Positions 7,881 through 17,620 are shown, numbered from the stretch's first letter. The stretch is DNA of 64,000 bases from Bdellovibrionales bacterium (GCA_965205365.1 CBDBGT010000010.1:328048-392047); one strand, 5' to 3'. The notes: a model not told the origin generated them from the sequence alone. Made by a program: numbers and translations.

Positions 7881-9363
7881 GCCTCTCCGTTATCTAGAAG
7901 GGTGTAGTTTGTGCCAATCTCATTTGAGGTGGCCAGTACCAACTTGAAGTATTGATGTAATTTGAGTTTAAAAGTCCACATCGCTGCAGTATTTTGTGCA
8001 TAAATGACTCTGGGTTTGTGTAACCATAGCCCATCCTTCTAAGCACTTTAATCTTGTTGTTTAAGCCTTCACTTACTGCTGTTGTGAGCCCAGACATAAT
8101 ATATCCTTCAATGTAACCTCTGTACTTTCTTAAGGTTTTTGCAAATTTCAAAAAGGGCTTTAATTTTGACTCTCTTGCATATCGGTACCAAAGAACCAGA
8201 GCTTTTCTAAAGTCTTTTACATTCTTTTGATCTAAAACTTTATGGAAGTGCTCAACTAAAACTGAAGCTTTAAAAATGTTCTTATTCACATCTAAAAGCC
8301 TCTCTAATTTAGTAAAATCTCCTTTAGATAAATTCTTCTCACGCTCCACTAAAATATATCTTTTATGAGGTGCTAGCACATCCATTAAAAACTTATCTTC
8401 ATTTTCTTTAGCTTTTTTAAACTCAAATTTTCTCACATCATCAAAAAAATTATTTAGCCCTTCTGCAACATGGAACCTATCAACACAGACCTTAGCATTC
8501 TCACATTTACCTATCACAGCCTCAATAAAAGCATCATGCATATCAACTGCAAAAAACTTGATCTTATCTAGCTGCTCTTTTGTTAATACCTTTAAACAAT
8601 TAAGTAAGCTTGAACCCTTTCTGCCCATTGCATTTGAGAGCACCTTTCTCATCTTCGTACAGACTAAATTTGTGATGAACTTAATCGTATTCTTGTCACA
8701 AGACTTCTTTCCAAAAATAGTTCTAAAGTGCACCTCATCAGATGACATCTGCTCTAAATCTAACTTTCTTTCAGCATAGCTTAAAAGAGGTTTTATTTGC
8801 TTCATCCGGTACTGATCCAAATTCCACACAGTCTTGGGGTTCATTCTTAAAATTCTAGCAACTGACTCACAAGTCATCTCTTCACAAAGACGTCCTGCTT
8901 TTTCTACAAGTGAGTAAGTTAAGTTTTCAAAATTAGGGTGAGTAAAATCAACACCAGCTGATCTGACTTTATCATCACACATTAAGCAGTGCCCTCGAAG
9001 CTGTTTTAAGTAAATCCACACCTCTTCATATGAGCCTATTGGAGAAGCTTTAATTTTTCGAAGCTTCCACTCATGGACATGAGATATTTGGCAGCCACAT
9101 TGATTACAGCCTACATTTTCACGATCTTGTTTTGCGTAAAGGACTAGTTTTAACTCTTTATCACAAGCCTCCCAGTTTTCTAATTTTACACCTTGAAGAC
9201 CTAGTGATTTTACGATTAACTTTTCAAATAGCTCCATTTAATCCTCCGACAATTTAGTTTATTTAGTAACCAAATTTTAATTGTGTGGAGGGAGCTTGTT
9301 TATCTTTTTCAGGACTTTAGGCTTGTTGGCATGGATCACACCCTTCTAGATAACGGTGAACCC
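7881..9363 (-). mobile_element. ISL3-family insertion sequence, copy 1 (1483 bp)
   Basis: Imperfect terminal IRs GCCTCTCCGTTATCTAGAAGGGTGT / GGGTTCACCGTTATCTAGAAGGGTGT. An 8-bp direct duplication TTTTGTCC is at 7873-7880 and 9364-9371. It has the same length as the copy at 13095-14577 and encodes an identical protein. Confidence 0.9.
7894..9237 (-). CDS. ISL3-family transposase
   Basis: 447 aa with an N-terminal Cys-rich zinc-finger-like region (CNQCGC...HCLMCDD). The overall layout fits ISL3 transposases and the element gives an 8-bp TSD. Confidence 0.8.
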   Translation of the reverse strand: MELFEKLIVKSLGLQGVKLENWEACDKELKLVLYAKQDRENVGCNQCGCQISHVHEWKLRKIKASPIGSYEEVWIYLKQLRGHCLMCDDKVRSAGVDFTHPNFENLTYSLVEKAGRLCEEMTCESVARILRMNPKTVWNLDQYRMKQIKPLLSYAERKLDLEQMSSDEVHFRTIFGKKSCDKNTIKFITNLVCTKMRKVLSNAMGRKGSSLLNCLKVLTKEQLDKIKFFAVDMHDAFIEAVIGKCENAKVCVDRFHVAEGLNNFFDDVRKFEFKKAKENEDKFLMDVLAPHKRYILVEREKNLSKGDFTKLERLLDVNKNIFKASVLVEHFHKVLDQKNVKDFRKALVLWYRYARESKLKPFLKFAKTLRKYRGYIEGYIMSGLTTAVSEGLNNKIKVLRRMGYGYTNPESFMHKILQRCGLLNSNYINTSSWYWPPQMRLAQTTPF

Positions 9364-9434
9364 TTTTGTCCTAAAGTTAACTAAGTTTTAATCGATATGT
9401 AAGTTGTAACCAAAAAAAAACAAAGGAGAATAAA

Positions 9435-10248
9435 ATGAATATGAAATCAAAATCTATATTACCAGTATGTTTATTATTTAGTTTTACAGCTTGTCAGAAT
9501 GTTGAACACTCTTCTCAAGGGAAACGTACATTAACAAGTTTAGATAAGTCAGACACTTTATTAGGTGATTCAAGTGGATCAGACAGATCAAACCCTCAAG
9601 GGGGGGGGGGCAGATAGTCTCCTAGGTGACTCCTCAAATATATCAAATGGATCAAACACTCCAGACGGAGACAATCAAGGTGACCTTATAGGTCAACCAA
9701 ATCTTGATCTTCCAACTGGTTGGTACGAAAGTGACTGCCTAAGAACGTCTAACGGATCTACTCTTAACAACTGGGGGCTCAGCAGTGTAAAGTATATTCT
9801 TGCTATAAATACTACTAGCTCTCAGCAGCCCCTTATCCAGTTGAGGTTCCCCCACTATATAAGTCTTCTAGCTCTGTCTTATAAAAAACCTGGTTGCAAC
9901 GACGGGCCTGGCCGTTATAGTGGTACACGACACCAAACCACATCATACCTTAACGTCAATAAAAATGTTGGTAACAATACCTCTTATTTTATAATTAGTG
10001 ATCCATACGGTACAGCTAATGATTCAACTTCCGCCCTTGCATTTCATATCGATAATGATGGCGCTCTTTATATAAATCACCTTGCGGACTTTTTTCTCTT
10101 CGATGAAGAAAATGAAAGGCGCCCTGCAATAAATACTACTAATTTCACCTTAGAAAATGAGGGTGTTTTTTCTGATTTTATCAATGACCCAACAATTGGA
10201 GTTAGATATTATCCATCTCCTACAGTTGGTTTTTCATCACACTACTAG
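9435..10248 (+). CDS. phase-variable lipoprotein family, copy E; OFF (G11), upstream cassette disrupted by ISL3
   Basis: Track ORF 9435-9617 ends ..SNPQGGGGR*. The body is track ORF 9565-10248 in another frame (GGGADSLLGDSSNISNGSNTPDGDNQGDL...). Confidence 0.75.
9600..9610 (+). repeat. poly-G tract G11, copy E
   Basis: Counted directly. G10 or G13 is needed for ON. Confidence 0.9.
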
Positions 10249-10299
10249 AAGAAATGAATGGGTTTGGCCAAATCGTTGGGTAAAGCTTTTTTTAAAAAA

Positions 10300-10330
10300 C
10301 AAGCCCTTTACCTTAAGGGGCTTGTTTCTT
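10300..10330 (+). terminator. rho-independent terminator after copy E
   Basis: CAAGCCC-tttaccttaag-GGGCTTG hairpin followed by TTTCTTTT. Confidence 0.6.
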
Positions 10331-10362
10331 TTAAGCTAGTTTACCACAATTTATACTAGAAC

Positions 10363-10640
10363 AATGTTGTTGCACATGATTACTCAACCTAAACCAAAAA
10401 CTTGAAAATCTTTACCCACCCATCCTAAAATAAGTTCAACCAAACATACAAAGGATGGTTAAGGGTAAAAGGCTTAAACAGATTAATTGAAAAAGCTACA
10501 ACAAGGAACTCATAGGGCGTAGTTCCACCGCTTTTCACTTTCCTAAAAACTTAAAACACTCCTGGCTTGAACAGACTACAAGGCCAGGGTTTCAAAAAAT
10601 TTATTCTGATTCTGCGCCCCTAGCCTTAAATATCTAATGT
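10363..10640 (+). pseudogene. IS5-family element, left end with decayed transposase N-terminus
   Basis: The terminal sequence GTTGTTGCACATGA is the inverted complement of TCATGTGCAACAAC at 16592-16605. A short interrupted reading frame follows (MVKGKRLKQIN*...). Confidence 0.4.
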
Positions 10641-10669
10641 TGCCGGCTAGAATGCTTCCAGAAGCCTTT

Positions 10670-10945
10670 TATACTTAGCCGTAGTAATTGATTTATTTAA
10701 CCGTGAAGTTGTTGGTTGGAGTAGAGGTAAAAGCTTAGATATATTGAAAGCTGGTTTTCAAGTTTAAAAAAAAGAATTTTTATATAGAAAAAACTATACT
10801 GGAGAAAGAGAATTAAGATGGTTAGTATTTGAATATATTGAGGTTTGGTATAACAAGAAAAGAAGACATTCTTCTCTTGATGATCAAGCCCTAAAGGGTA
10901 TGCAATTAAACACAACCTCCCATAGAAAAAAGTGTCCTATTTCTT
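10670..10945 (+). pseudogene. IS3-family orfB (DDE integrase) C-terminal fragments plus right end
   Basis: My own translation gives YLAVVIDLFNREVVGWS... and ...FEYIEVWYNKKRRHSSLDDQ, interrupted by stops. Both are IS3-family integrase signature regions. Confidence 0.55.
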
Positions 10946-11497
10946 TGGAGAAGTCCAATCTGAGAAATCAAATTCACGTTTAAGGTTATCACTTTCTCCA
11001 ACTATTCTCCATTCTCTTTCGTTTCTCCATTTCATGTTTTCAGTGATGTGAACAATCTCATGGAGTCTTTTTCGGGGAAAGTCCTTGCTTAGTTTGTCGA
11101 TTTTTAAGTGCATAGGCATTTTACTAATAGTTTCACCTAAGTGATTAACATTACCATCTTGAACATATACAACATTTTGACCTTTGTTTTTAATAACCCA
11201 GTCAATATCAAAACCAATGCCAAACTTTCCAAAATCTCTAATGTGGTCAGTTGCAAAACCCAAAAGTGTTTCAGTGAAACAAGTAATGTAAGGAGAGAAG
11301 GAAACTCCTGTTACTTTCTTCCCCCTAGAATCTGAATAGCCCACTCAACACTATTCTTGTTGAGTAGGAGCATTGAACTACTTATAATGATTTTTAATAT
11401 TTCAAAGGCCTGATCTTCAGCTTTGCCATCAATGCCTTAAAAACCTGTAAAGTGATATAATGTATTTGAAACAGTTTCATTTGCCATTTTTACCTTG
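10937..11497 (-). pseudogene. decayed Abi-like / DUF2971-like gene
   Basis: Track ORF 10937-11344 carries the ...NEREWRIV motif. The upstream reading starts MANETVSNTLYHFTGF* (ATG at 11497) and is cut by a stop and a frame change before joining the 135-aa ORF. Confidence 0.45.
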
Positions 11498-11502
11498 TCT
11501 GT

Positions 11503-11814
11503 TTATGCAACTTCACCTTTGACTGATTCAACACTCATTTTAATCTTTAAGTGAAATGCTTTCTGTAGATATTTGTCAATTGATTCAGTAGAAAACTTTT
11601 TTCTTTTCTTTACGAAATCTGACACATATTGAATTGATATTTCTGCTTTATCAGCAAAAGATTGTAGTCCCATTGCAATAATAGTTTCTCGCAAAGCTTC
11701 ATCAACACTCATCTCCTCATCGTTGATAAGTGTCATTATATACGCTTGAGAAAATTCGACATTTTCAAATTTAGTTGCGATTAATTCGTTAAAGTCTTTA
11801 TGTCTATTTGCCAT
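11503..11814 (-). CDS. HigA-like antitoxin (addiction module antidote protein, HTH)
   Basis: 103 aa. It overlaps the upstream toxin gene by 11 nt. The toxin-first order and the FSQAYIMTLINDEE...ALRETIIAMGLQSFADKAEISIQYVSDF region fit the HigA/antidote family. Confidence 0.7.
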   Translation of the reverse strand: MANRHKDFNELIATKFENVEFSQAYIMTLINDEEMSVDEALRETIIAMGLQSFADKAEISIQYVSDFVKKRKKFSTESIDKYLQKAFHLKIKMSVESVKGEVA

Positions 11815-12124
11815 AATTCCTCCAAAGCTCCTTAGCTTTATCTATGTCACGACTTTGAGTTTTCTTATCTCCACCAACAAGGAGAATAATGAATTCATTC
11901 CCATCTTCGGCAAAATACACTCTGTACCCTGGGCCGTGTGTTATTTTAATCTCAAAAACACCATCTTTTAGCACTTTTATGGACTTCTTTGCTCCGCCCT
12001 TTGCTACTCTTTGGATAAACCTAAAGACAATCGCTTGTGCTACATTGTCTAATTTATTCATCCAATCTTCAAAAGGTGAGTTTCCATTCTCTGTTACAAA
12101 ATACTTAATCTTTTTAATAATCAC
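11804..12124 (-). CDS. RelE/ParE-superfamily toxin (HigB-like addiction module killer protein)
   Basis: 106 aa: ...FEDWMNKLDNVAQAIVFRFIQRVAKGG...GVFEIKITHGPGYRVYFAEDGNEFIILLVGGDKKTQSRDIDKAKELW, a typical killer-protein layout. Confidence 0.7.
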   Translation of the reverse strand: MIIKKIKYFVTENGNSPFEDWMNKLDNVAQAIVFRFIQRVAKGGAKKSIKVLKDGVFEIKITHGPGYRVYFAEDGNEFIILLVGGDKKTQSRDIDKAKELWRNYGK

Positions 12125-12140
12125 TCCATGAGTCCTTATT

Positions 12141-12164
12141 AAACTACACTAATCGAAGTAGTTT
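12141..12164 (-). promoter_or_regulatory. possible operator palindrome upstream of the TA pair
   Basis: AAACTAC-N10-GTAGTTT, 17-40 nt upstream of the toxin start. Confidence 0.3.
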
Positions 12165-12382
12165 GTCAAGCTGTACTACTAAGTACTTATAATCAAAGAG
12201 GAAATGACTAGAATACTAAGAAGCCCATAAATACAGGTAAAACATTGATTTTATTATTTTTTTTTATAGGTAACCCGAGTTCGAACTTTTTTCAGGACCT
12301 AAGTGCTGGATAAATAAAAGATCATCTTAAGCCTTTTGTAAGATTTAGTTGTTTTTTACTGATCTGCAAAAAGGAGCCGGGA

Positions 12383-13094
12383 ATGATCGAAGAAAATCAA
12401 ATTATAGAAGTTTTTACTCTTGTTGACGACTTTATTTTAGGGTTAAACAAAGAACAGTCCAAACTCATACCCAGCAAAAGAAAGAGAGGTTTTCCATCTG
12501 CGTTATCTGAGTCTGAAGTCATCACCATCTGTTTATTATTCCAATTTTCCGGCTTCAGAAATTTTAAAACTTTCTATACAGGTTATGTTCAAAAATTTCT
12601 AAAACCTTATTTCCCAAAGCTCTTCTCCTACAATAGGTTTGTAGAACTTAAAAAATCTTCAGCACCTCAAATTCTTATTTTTTTACACTCACTTATGCAA
12701 TCAAATATTTGCACAGGAATATCTGTTGTAGACTCCAGTCCCATTGTTGTTTGTAATAACAAAAGAATCGGTCGTCACAAAACCTTTAAAGGACTTTGAA
12801 AACGTGGGAAATCAACAATGGGCTGGTTCTCTTTGGTTTTAAAGTTCACATAGTCATTTCTCACAAAGGGGAGCTCTTAAGTTTTACCATAACCCCAGGA
12901 AATGTTCATGATACAAAGCCTGTAGAGGGTTTAGCTGAGAATATTTTTGGAAAATTGTTTGGAGACAAAGGATATATATCCCAAAAGCTATTTGAAAAAT
13001 TGATGAGTAAAGGGGTTTAAGTCATAACAAATCTTAAATCCAATATGAAAAATAAGTTTGTTCCTCTTTTTGATAAACTACTCCTGAGGAAAAG
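12383..13094 (+). pseudogene. IS982-family transposase, disrupted (5' two thirds)
   Basis: Track ORFs 12383-12799 and 12796-13020 together match the intact 295-aa protein of copies 2 and 3. The remainder resumes at 14586-14763 after the ISL3. Confidence 0.85.
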
Positions 13095-14577
13095 GGGTTC
13101 ACCGTTATCTAGAAGGGTGTGATCCATGCCAACAAGCCTAAAGTCCTGAAAAAGATAAACAAGCTCCCTCCACACAATTAAAATTTGGTTACTAAATAAA
13201 CTAAATTGTCGGAGGATTAAATGGAGCTATTTGAAAAGTTAATCGTAAAATCACTAGGTCTTCAAGGTGTAAAATTAGAAAACTGGGAGGCTTGTGATAA
13301 AGAGTTAAAACTAGTCCTTTACGCAAAACAAGATCGTGAAAATGTAGGCTGTAATCAATGTGGCTGCCAAATATCTCATGTCCATGAGTGGAAGCTTCGA
13401 AAAATTAAAGCTTCTCCAATAGGCTCATATGAAGAGGTGTGGATTTACTTAAAACAGCTTCGAGGGCACTGCTTAATGTGTGATGATAAAGTCAGATCAG
13501 CTGGTGTTGATTTTACTCACCCTAATTTTGAAAACTTAACTTACTCACTTGTAGAAAAAGCAGGACGTCTTTGTGAAGAGATGACTTGTGAGTCAGTTGC
13601 TAGAATTTTAAGAATGAACCCCAAGACTGTGTGGAATTTGGATCAGTACCGGATGAAGCAAATAAAACCTCTTTTAAGCTATGCTGAAAGAAAGTTAGAT
13701 TTAGAGCAGATGTCATCTGATGAGGTGCACTTTAGAACTATTTTTGGAAAGAAGTCTTGTGACAAGAATACGATTAAGTTCATCACAAATTTAGTCTGTA
13801 CGAAGATGAGAAAGGTGCTCTCAAATGCAATGGGCAGAAAGGGTTCAAGCTTACTTAATTGTTTAAAGGTATTAACAAAAGAGCAGCTAGATAAGATCAA
13901 GTTTTTTGCAGTTGATATGCATGATGCTTTTATTGAGGCTGTGATAGGTAAATGTGAGAATGCTAAGGTCTGTGTTGATAGGTTCCATGTTGCAGAAGGG
14001 CTAAATAATTTTTTTGATGATGTGAGAAAATTTGAGTTTAAAAAAGCTAAAGAAAATGAAGATAAGTTTTTAATGGATGTGCTAGCACCTCATAAAAGAT
14101 ATATTTTAGTGGAGCGTGAGAAGAATTTATCTAAAGGAGATTTTACTAAATTAGAGAGGCTTTTAGATGTGAATAAGAACATTTTTAAAGCTTCAGTTTT
14201 AGTTGAGCACTTCCATAAAGTTTTAGATCAAAAGAATGTAAAAGACTTTAGAAAAGCTCTGGTTCTTTGGTACCGATATGCAAGAGAGTCAAAATTAAAG
14301 CCCTTTTTGAAATTTGCAAAAACCTTAAGAAAGTACAGAGGTTACATTGAAGGATATATTATGTCTGGGCTCACAACAGCAGTAAGTGAAGGCTTAAACA
14401 ACAAGATTAAAGTGCTTAGAAGGATGGGCTATGGTTACACAAACCCAGAGTCATTTATGCACAAAATACTGCAGCGATGTGGACTTTTAAACTCAAATTA
14501 CATCAATACTTCAAGTTGGTACTGGCCACCTCAAATGAGATTGGCACAAACTACACCCTTCTAGATAACGGAGAGGC
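13095..14577 (+). mobile_element. ISL3-family insertion sequence, copy 2 (1483 bp), nested in IS982
   Basis: Same IRs as copy 1. The 8-bp duplication AGGAAAAG is at 13087-13094 and 14578-14585. Removing the IS and one duplicate restores the IS982 sequence CTCCTGAGGAAAAGGTACATT seen in intact copies. Confidence 0.9.
13221..14564 (+). CDS. ISL3-family transposase (identical to 7894-9237)
   Basis: The 447-aa translation is identical in the ORF track. Confidence 0.8.
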   Translation: MELFEKLIVKSLGLQGVKLENWEACDKELKLVLYAKQDRENVGCNQCGCQISHVHEWKLRKIKASPIGSYEEVWIYLKQLRGHCLMCDDKVRSAGVDFTHPNFENLTYSLVEKAGRLCEEMTCESVARILRMNPKTVWNLDQYRMKQIKPLLSYAERKLDLEQMSSDEVHFRTIFGKKSCDKNTIKFITNLVCTKMRKVLSNAMGRKGSSLLNCLKVLTKEQLDKIKFFAVDMHDAFIEAVIGKCENAKVCVDRFHVAEGLNNFFDDVRKFEFKKAKENEDKFLMDVLAPHKRYILVEREKNLSKGDFTKLERLLDVNKNIFKASVLVEHFHKVLDQKNVKDFRKALVLWYRYARESKLKPFLKFAKTLRKYRGYIEGYIMSGLTTAVSEGLNNKIKVLRRMGYGYTNPESFMHKILQRCGLLNSNYINTSSWYWPPQMRLAQTTPF

Positions 14578-14787
14578 AGGAAAAGGTACATTGTTGAAAC
14601 TGCTTTTGGGATTTTAAAGGAGGAATTTCATCTTGAACACTCAAGACACCGAAGCCCAAAAAACTTTGTGGTAAATTTACTTTCGGCACTAACGGCGTAC
14701 TGTTTGCGTCCAAGAAAACCCTCTATTAGACTTCAAGTACTTGAAGAAAGGCTGCTTCAGTAGGTTTAGAAAGTCCGAACTCGGGTT

Positions 14788-14893
14788 AGGTAGTGACTAT
14801 ACATCTGTTTGCCAATTTAAGAGCTTCTTCTTTAAATTCTTCTGAAAAAATATTGTACTTTTTTCTAGACTCTGTAGTCTCTTTCTTCTTCAT
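14788..14893 (-). pseudogene. IS3-family orfA N-terminal fragment
   Basis: My own translation gives MKKKETTESRKKYNIFSEEFKEEALKLANRC..., the IS3/IS911 orfA HTH pattern. It is truncated at the IS982 end. Confidence 0.45.
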
Positions 14894-15313
14894 GGTTTTT
14901 TACCTCTTCTTTTAGGTTTAGCTCCCACTTAGAAAAGTGTCCAGTATTTTTAGGGAAATCTAAAATTAATTGTCCACTAGCTTACAAATTCTTGTAAAGA
15001 AAAAAAATGAGTCACTACATTTTAGGTTTTAAGTCTTTTAACTTTGTCTGGCCATTATATTTGAACTCAACTGGGATTTTTTTAAAGGGGTGTCAAAGTC
15101 AGGAGAAAATGTAAACTATGTGTCAGGAAGGATATAGGCATGAGACATAAAACTCTCCAAGAGTTTTAAACTTGGGTTTTAGACTCTGTGTATAATATCA
15201 GTTACTAAAGTCTAAATTCAGGTTGAATATTAAAAAACTATTTTTTTTAATTCATACGGGTAGATAGAGTATGAGCATTGAGTTTATACGATATAAAATA
15301 AAGGGATATTCAT

Positions 15314-16051
15314 ATGAATAAAATCATTTAATTACTGTTGGTTACAACTACCGTATTGAGTTTAGCTGCTTGTGGATCTAGTAATTCTGATTCTAATCCA
15401 GATCCATGTCTTGGTTCTTCCCTCTTGCCGGGTGCTGTGTGTGAGGGTGGAGGAATTTATCTTGGAAGCCTTAGCCCTGGCGCCACTGATGGTAGTGGAA
15501 CAGATCACTATATCATCACCCCTGGGGGCTGTGAGGACATTCCATTAGGAAGTGTTTCAGGAGGTTCGGGGACAAATTCTTATGCATTAGATGATTTTAC
15601 AGTGACTTGTTCTGGTACGGATAGCTTACGTAAAGATTGGAATAATGATTCGACGAATTACTACGATATTCCAGGATTACAAAACTACACATCAACTTCT
15701 GGAACTGGTCATGGTGAAATTAATAAAGATTCAAATTACGGTTTAGCTAATACAGATGTAATTGTTGCCATCACTTCATCGTCTGAAGGGGGTTTTCACG
15801 CAGCAGCAAGGTACTGTCATAAGCTTGTTTATGGTGGTTATGATGATTGGCATTTACCTAATCGTTATGAGCTTAATTTAATGTACACAAATCACTCTGC
15901 TATTCCAGGTTTAGATCAAAGTGGTAATTACTATTGGTCTTCTACGGAGATCAACAATCATAGTGCGTGGGCCCAGCGCCTCTTAGATGGCCATCAGGGT
16001 AGTGACGGTAAGTTCAACTACAGCTTGGTTCGTTGTGTGCGGTGGTTTTGA
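15314..16051 (+). pseudogene. DUF1566 (Lcl C-terminal domain)-type lipoprotein with an in-frame TAA at codon 6
   Basis: ATG at 15314 gives MNKII*LLLVTTTVLSLAAC. The track ORF starts at TTG 15338 in the same frame. The C-terminus has WHLPNRYELNLMY...YYWSSTE...AW, typical of DUF1566. Confidence 0.55.
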
Positions 16052-16189
16052 GGCTTAAAAGGGCTCATGAGCTTTTTAGCCCTTTAGTTCTTTTATCTTA
16101 AGGAGGTTTTAAGCCTCCTTAAGATAAAGTATTCAATTTTAGAGACTCGCTTTTTGAGTAAATTAAAAACTATTTACTCAGCCATATTT

Positions 16190-16608
16190 TGTTAAAGGTT
16201 TAGAGAGTGAAGTTTCACACGTCAGTGCTCATGGAGCTTATGATGATTCAAAGATTTATGATAAGTGTGAAGAGTTAGGGATAAATCCGTTAATACCTCT
16301 AAAGAAAAATTCAAAGTTAAAACAACATGGCAACAGTAAAGCTAAGCCTATAAAGGGAGGTGAGGTTTTAAGAAATATAAAAAAATTAGGAAGGAAGTAA
16401 TGGAGATTAGAATCTGGTTACTTAAAAAGATCAATCTTAGAGAAAGCTATATATCGTTTTAAGGGTATTTTTAGAGGAGCTTTAAGTTTTAGGGAGTTTA
16501 AGAGTCAGTTTAATAAAGCTGCCATTAAATGTAAGATTTTAAATAAATTTTTATGCCCATCTGTAAAATTTAAATCACAGAAACAGTGGCTTCATGTGCA
16601 ACAACGCC
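16190..16608 (+). pseudogene. IS5-family transposase C-terminal fragment plus right end
   Basis: My own translation gives ...SAHGAYDDSKIYDKCEELGINPLIPLKKN... and ...GYLKRSILEKAIYRFKGIF...ILNKF, with internal stops. It ends in TCATGTGCAACAAC, the inverted repeat of 10365-10378. Confidence 0.5.
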
Positions 16609-16818
16609 GTTTTTTTTAATATTTTATAAGACTGTTTTAAAAAGAGAATAAACTTAAAATTGTCTTCATCTAAGACAAAGAGCAACAGAGTGCAACACTT
16701 TAAAAACCTGAAACCTTTGTTATTTTGAGTTGAGAAATTTTTAAGACTTTTGTCCTAAAGTTAACTAAGTTTTAATCGATATGTAAGTTGTAACCAAAAA
16801 AAAACAAAGGAGAATAAA
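16609..16818 (+). promoter_or_regulatory. upstream cassette U4 (copy F), 5' edge truncated by the IS5 end
   Basis: Near-identical to U1, U2 and U5. Confidence 0.6.
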
Positions 16819-17577
16819 ATGAATATGAAATCAAAATCTATATTACCAGTATGTTTATTATTTAGTTTTACAGCTTGTCAGAATGTTGAACACTCTTCTC
16901 AAGGGAAACGTACATTAACAAGTTTAGATAAGTCAGACACTTTATTAGGTGATTCAAGTGGATCAGACAGATCAAACCCTCAAGGGGGGGGGGGGGGGGG
17001 GGCAGATAGTCTCCTAGGTAACTCCTCAAATATATTAAATGGATCAAACTCTCAAGGCGGAAATAATCAAGATGACCTTACAGGTCAACCAAATCTTGAT
17101 CTTCCAACTGGTTGGTACGAAGGAAGGTGCCTAATAACACCTCAAGGTAGCAGTCTAAAACATAATTTAGGTATCGGCACTCTAGACTCAAAGAATATCA
17201 TTCATCGCACAGATTTCTACTCAGGAACTTCATGTGCAGATTACCCTACCGCTCCTCAATGGCCATATGTGATGCGTATTCGCGGTAACACCTTTAACGT
17301 TGCTGAATACGGCTTTGGTAATAATACTTCCTATTATACTCTATATAATGGTACAGAGGTGTTTCCGTTTCATGTTGATGATGATGGCACACTTTATATA
17401 ACCTATGCAGATACCCTAGAATCTGGTTTTCCTGTGGACCGCATTAACTATTTAAGGGGTTCTTCTATTGTGTTTAACGCTCCAACAAATCTAACTAGAG
17501 TGTATACACCTGTACCTTCACATTTAACCGCGAGGTTCAGAGAAAAAATGGTAAGCGGCGATCATCAAGTATGGTGA
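16819..17577 (+). CDS. phase-variable lipoprotein family, copy F; ON (G19 in frame)
   Basis: Single 252-aa track ORF: lipobox, ..SNPQGGGGGGADSLLGNSS.., FGNNTSY, FHVDDDGTLYI. Confidence 0.85.
   Translation: MNMKSKSILPVCLLFSFTACQNVEHSSQGKRTLTSLDKSDTLLGDSSGSDRSNPQGGGGGGADSLLGNSSNILNGSNSQGGNNQDDLTGQPNLDLPTGWYEGRCLITPQGSSLKHNLGIGTLDSKNIIHRTDFYSGTSCADYPTAPQWPYVMRIRGNTFNVAEYGFGNNTSYYTLYNGTEVFPFHVDDDGTLYITYADTLESGFPVDRINYLRGSSIVFNAPTNLTRVYTPVPSHLTARFREKMVSGDHQVW
16984..17002 (+). repeat. poly-G tract G19, copy F
   Basis: Counted directly. 19 is 1 mod 3, which is the in-frame state. Confidence 0.9.
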
Positions 17578-17592
17578 TCCCCGCTTTTAAAG

Positions 17593-17620
17593 TAAGCCCT
17601 TTATCTTAAAAGGGCTTATA
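17593..17620 (+). terminator. rho-independent terminator after copy F
   Basis: TAAGCCCTTT-atctta-AAAGGGCTTA hairpin. Confidence 0.55.

Larger units (their letters stand above)
12272..14787 (+). mobile_element. IS982-family element, copy 1 (defective), carrying a nested ISL3
   Basis: Ends AACCCGAGTTCGAACTTT ... AAAGTCCGAACTCGGGTT. Flanking duplication is AGGT (or TAGGTA, boundary ambiguous). The transposase frame is broken by a TGA at 12797-12799, a 2-bp insertion, a TAA at 13018-13020 and the ISL3 insertion at 13095. Confidence 0.85.
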
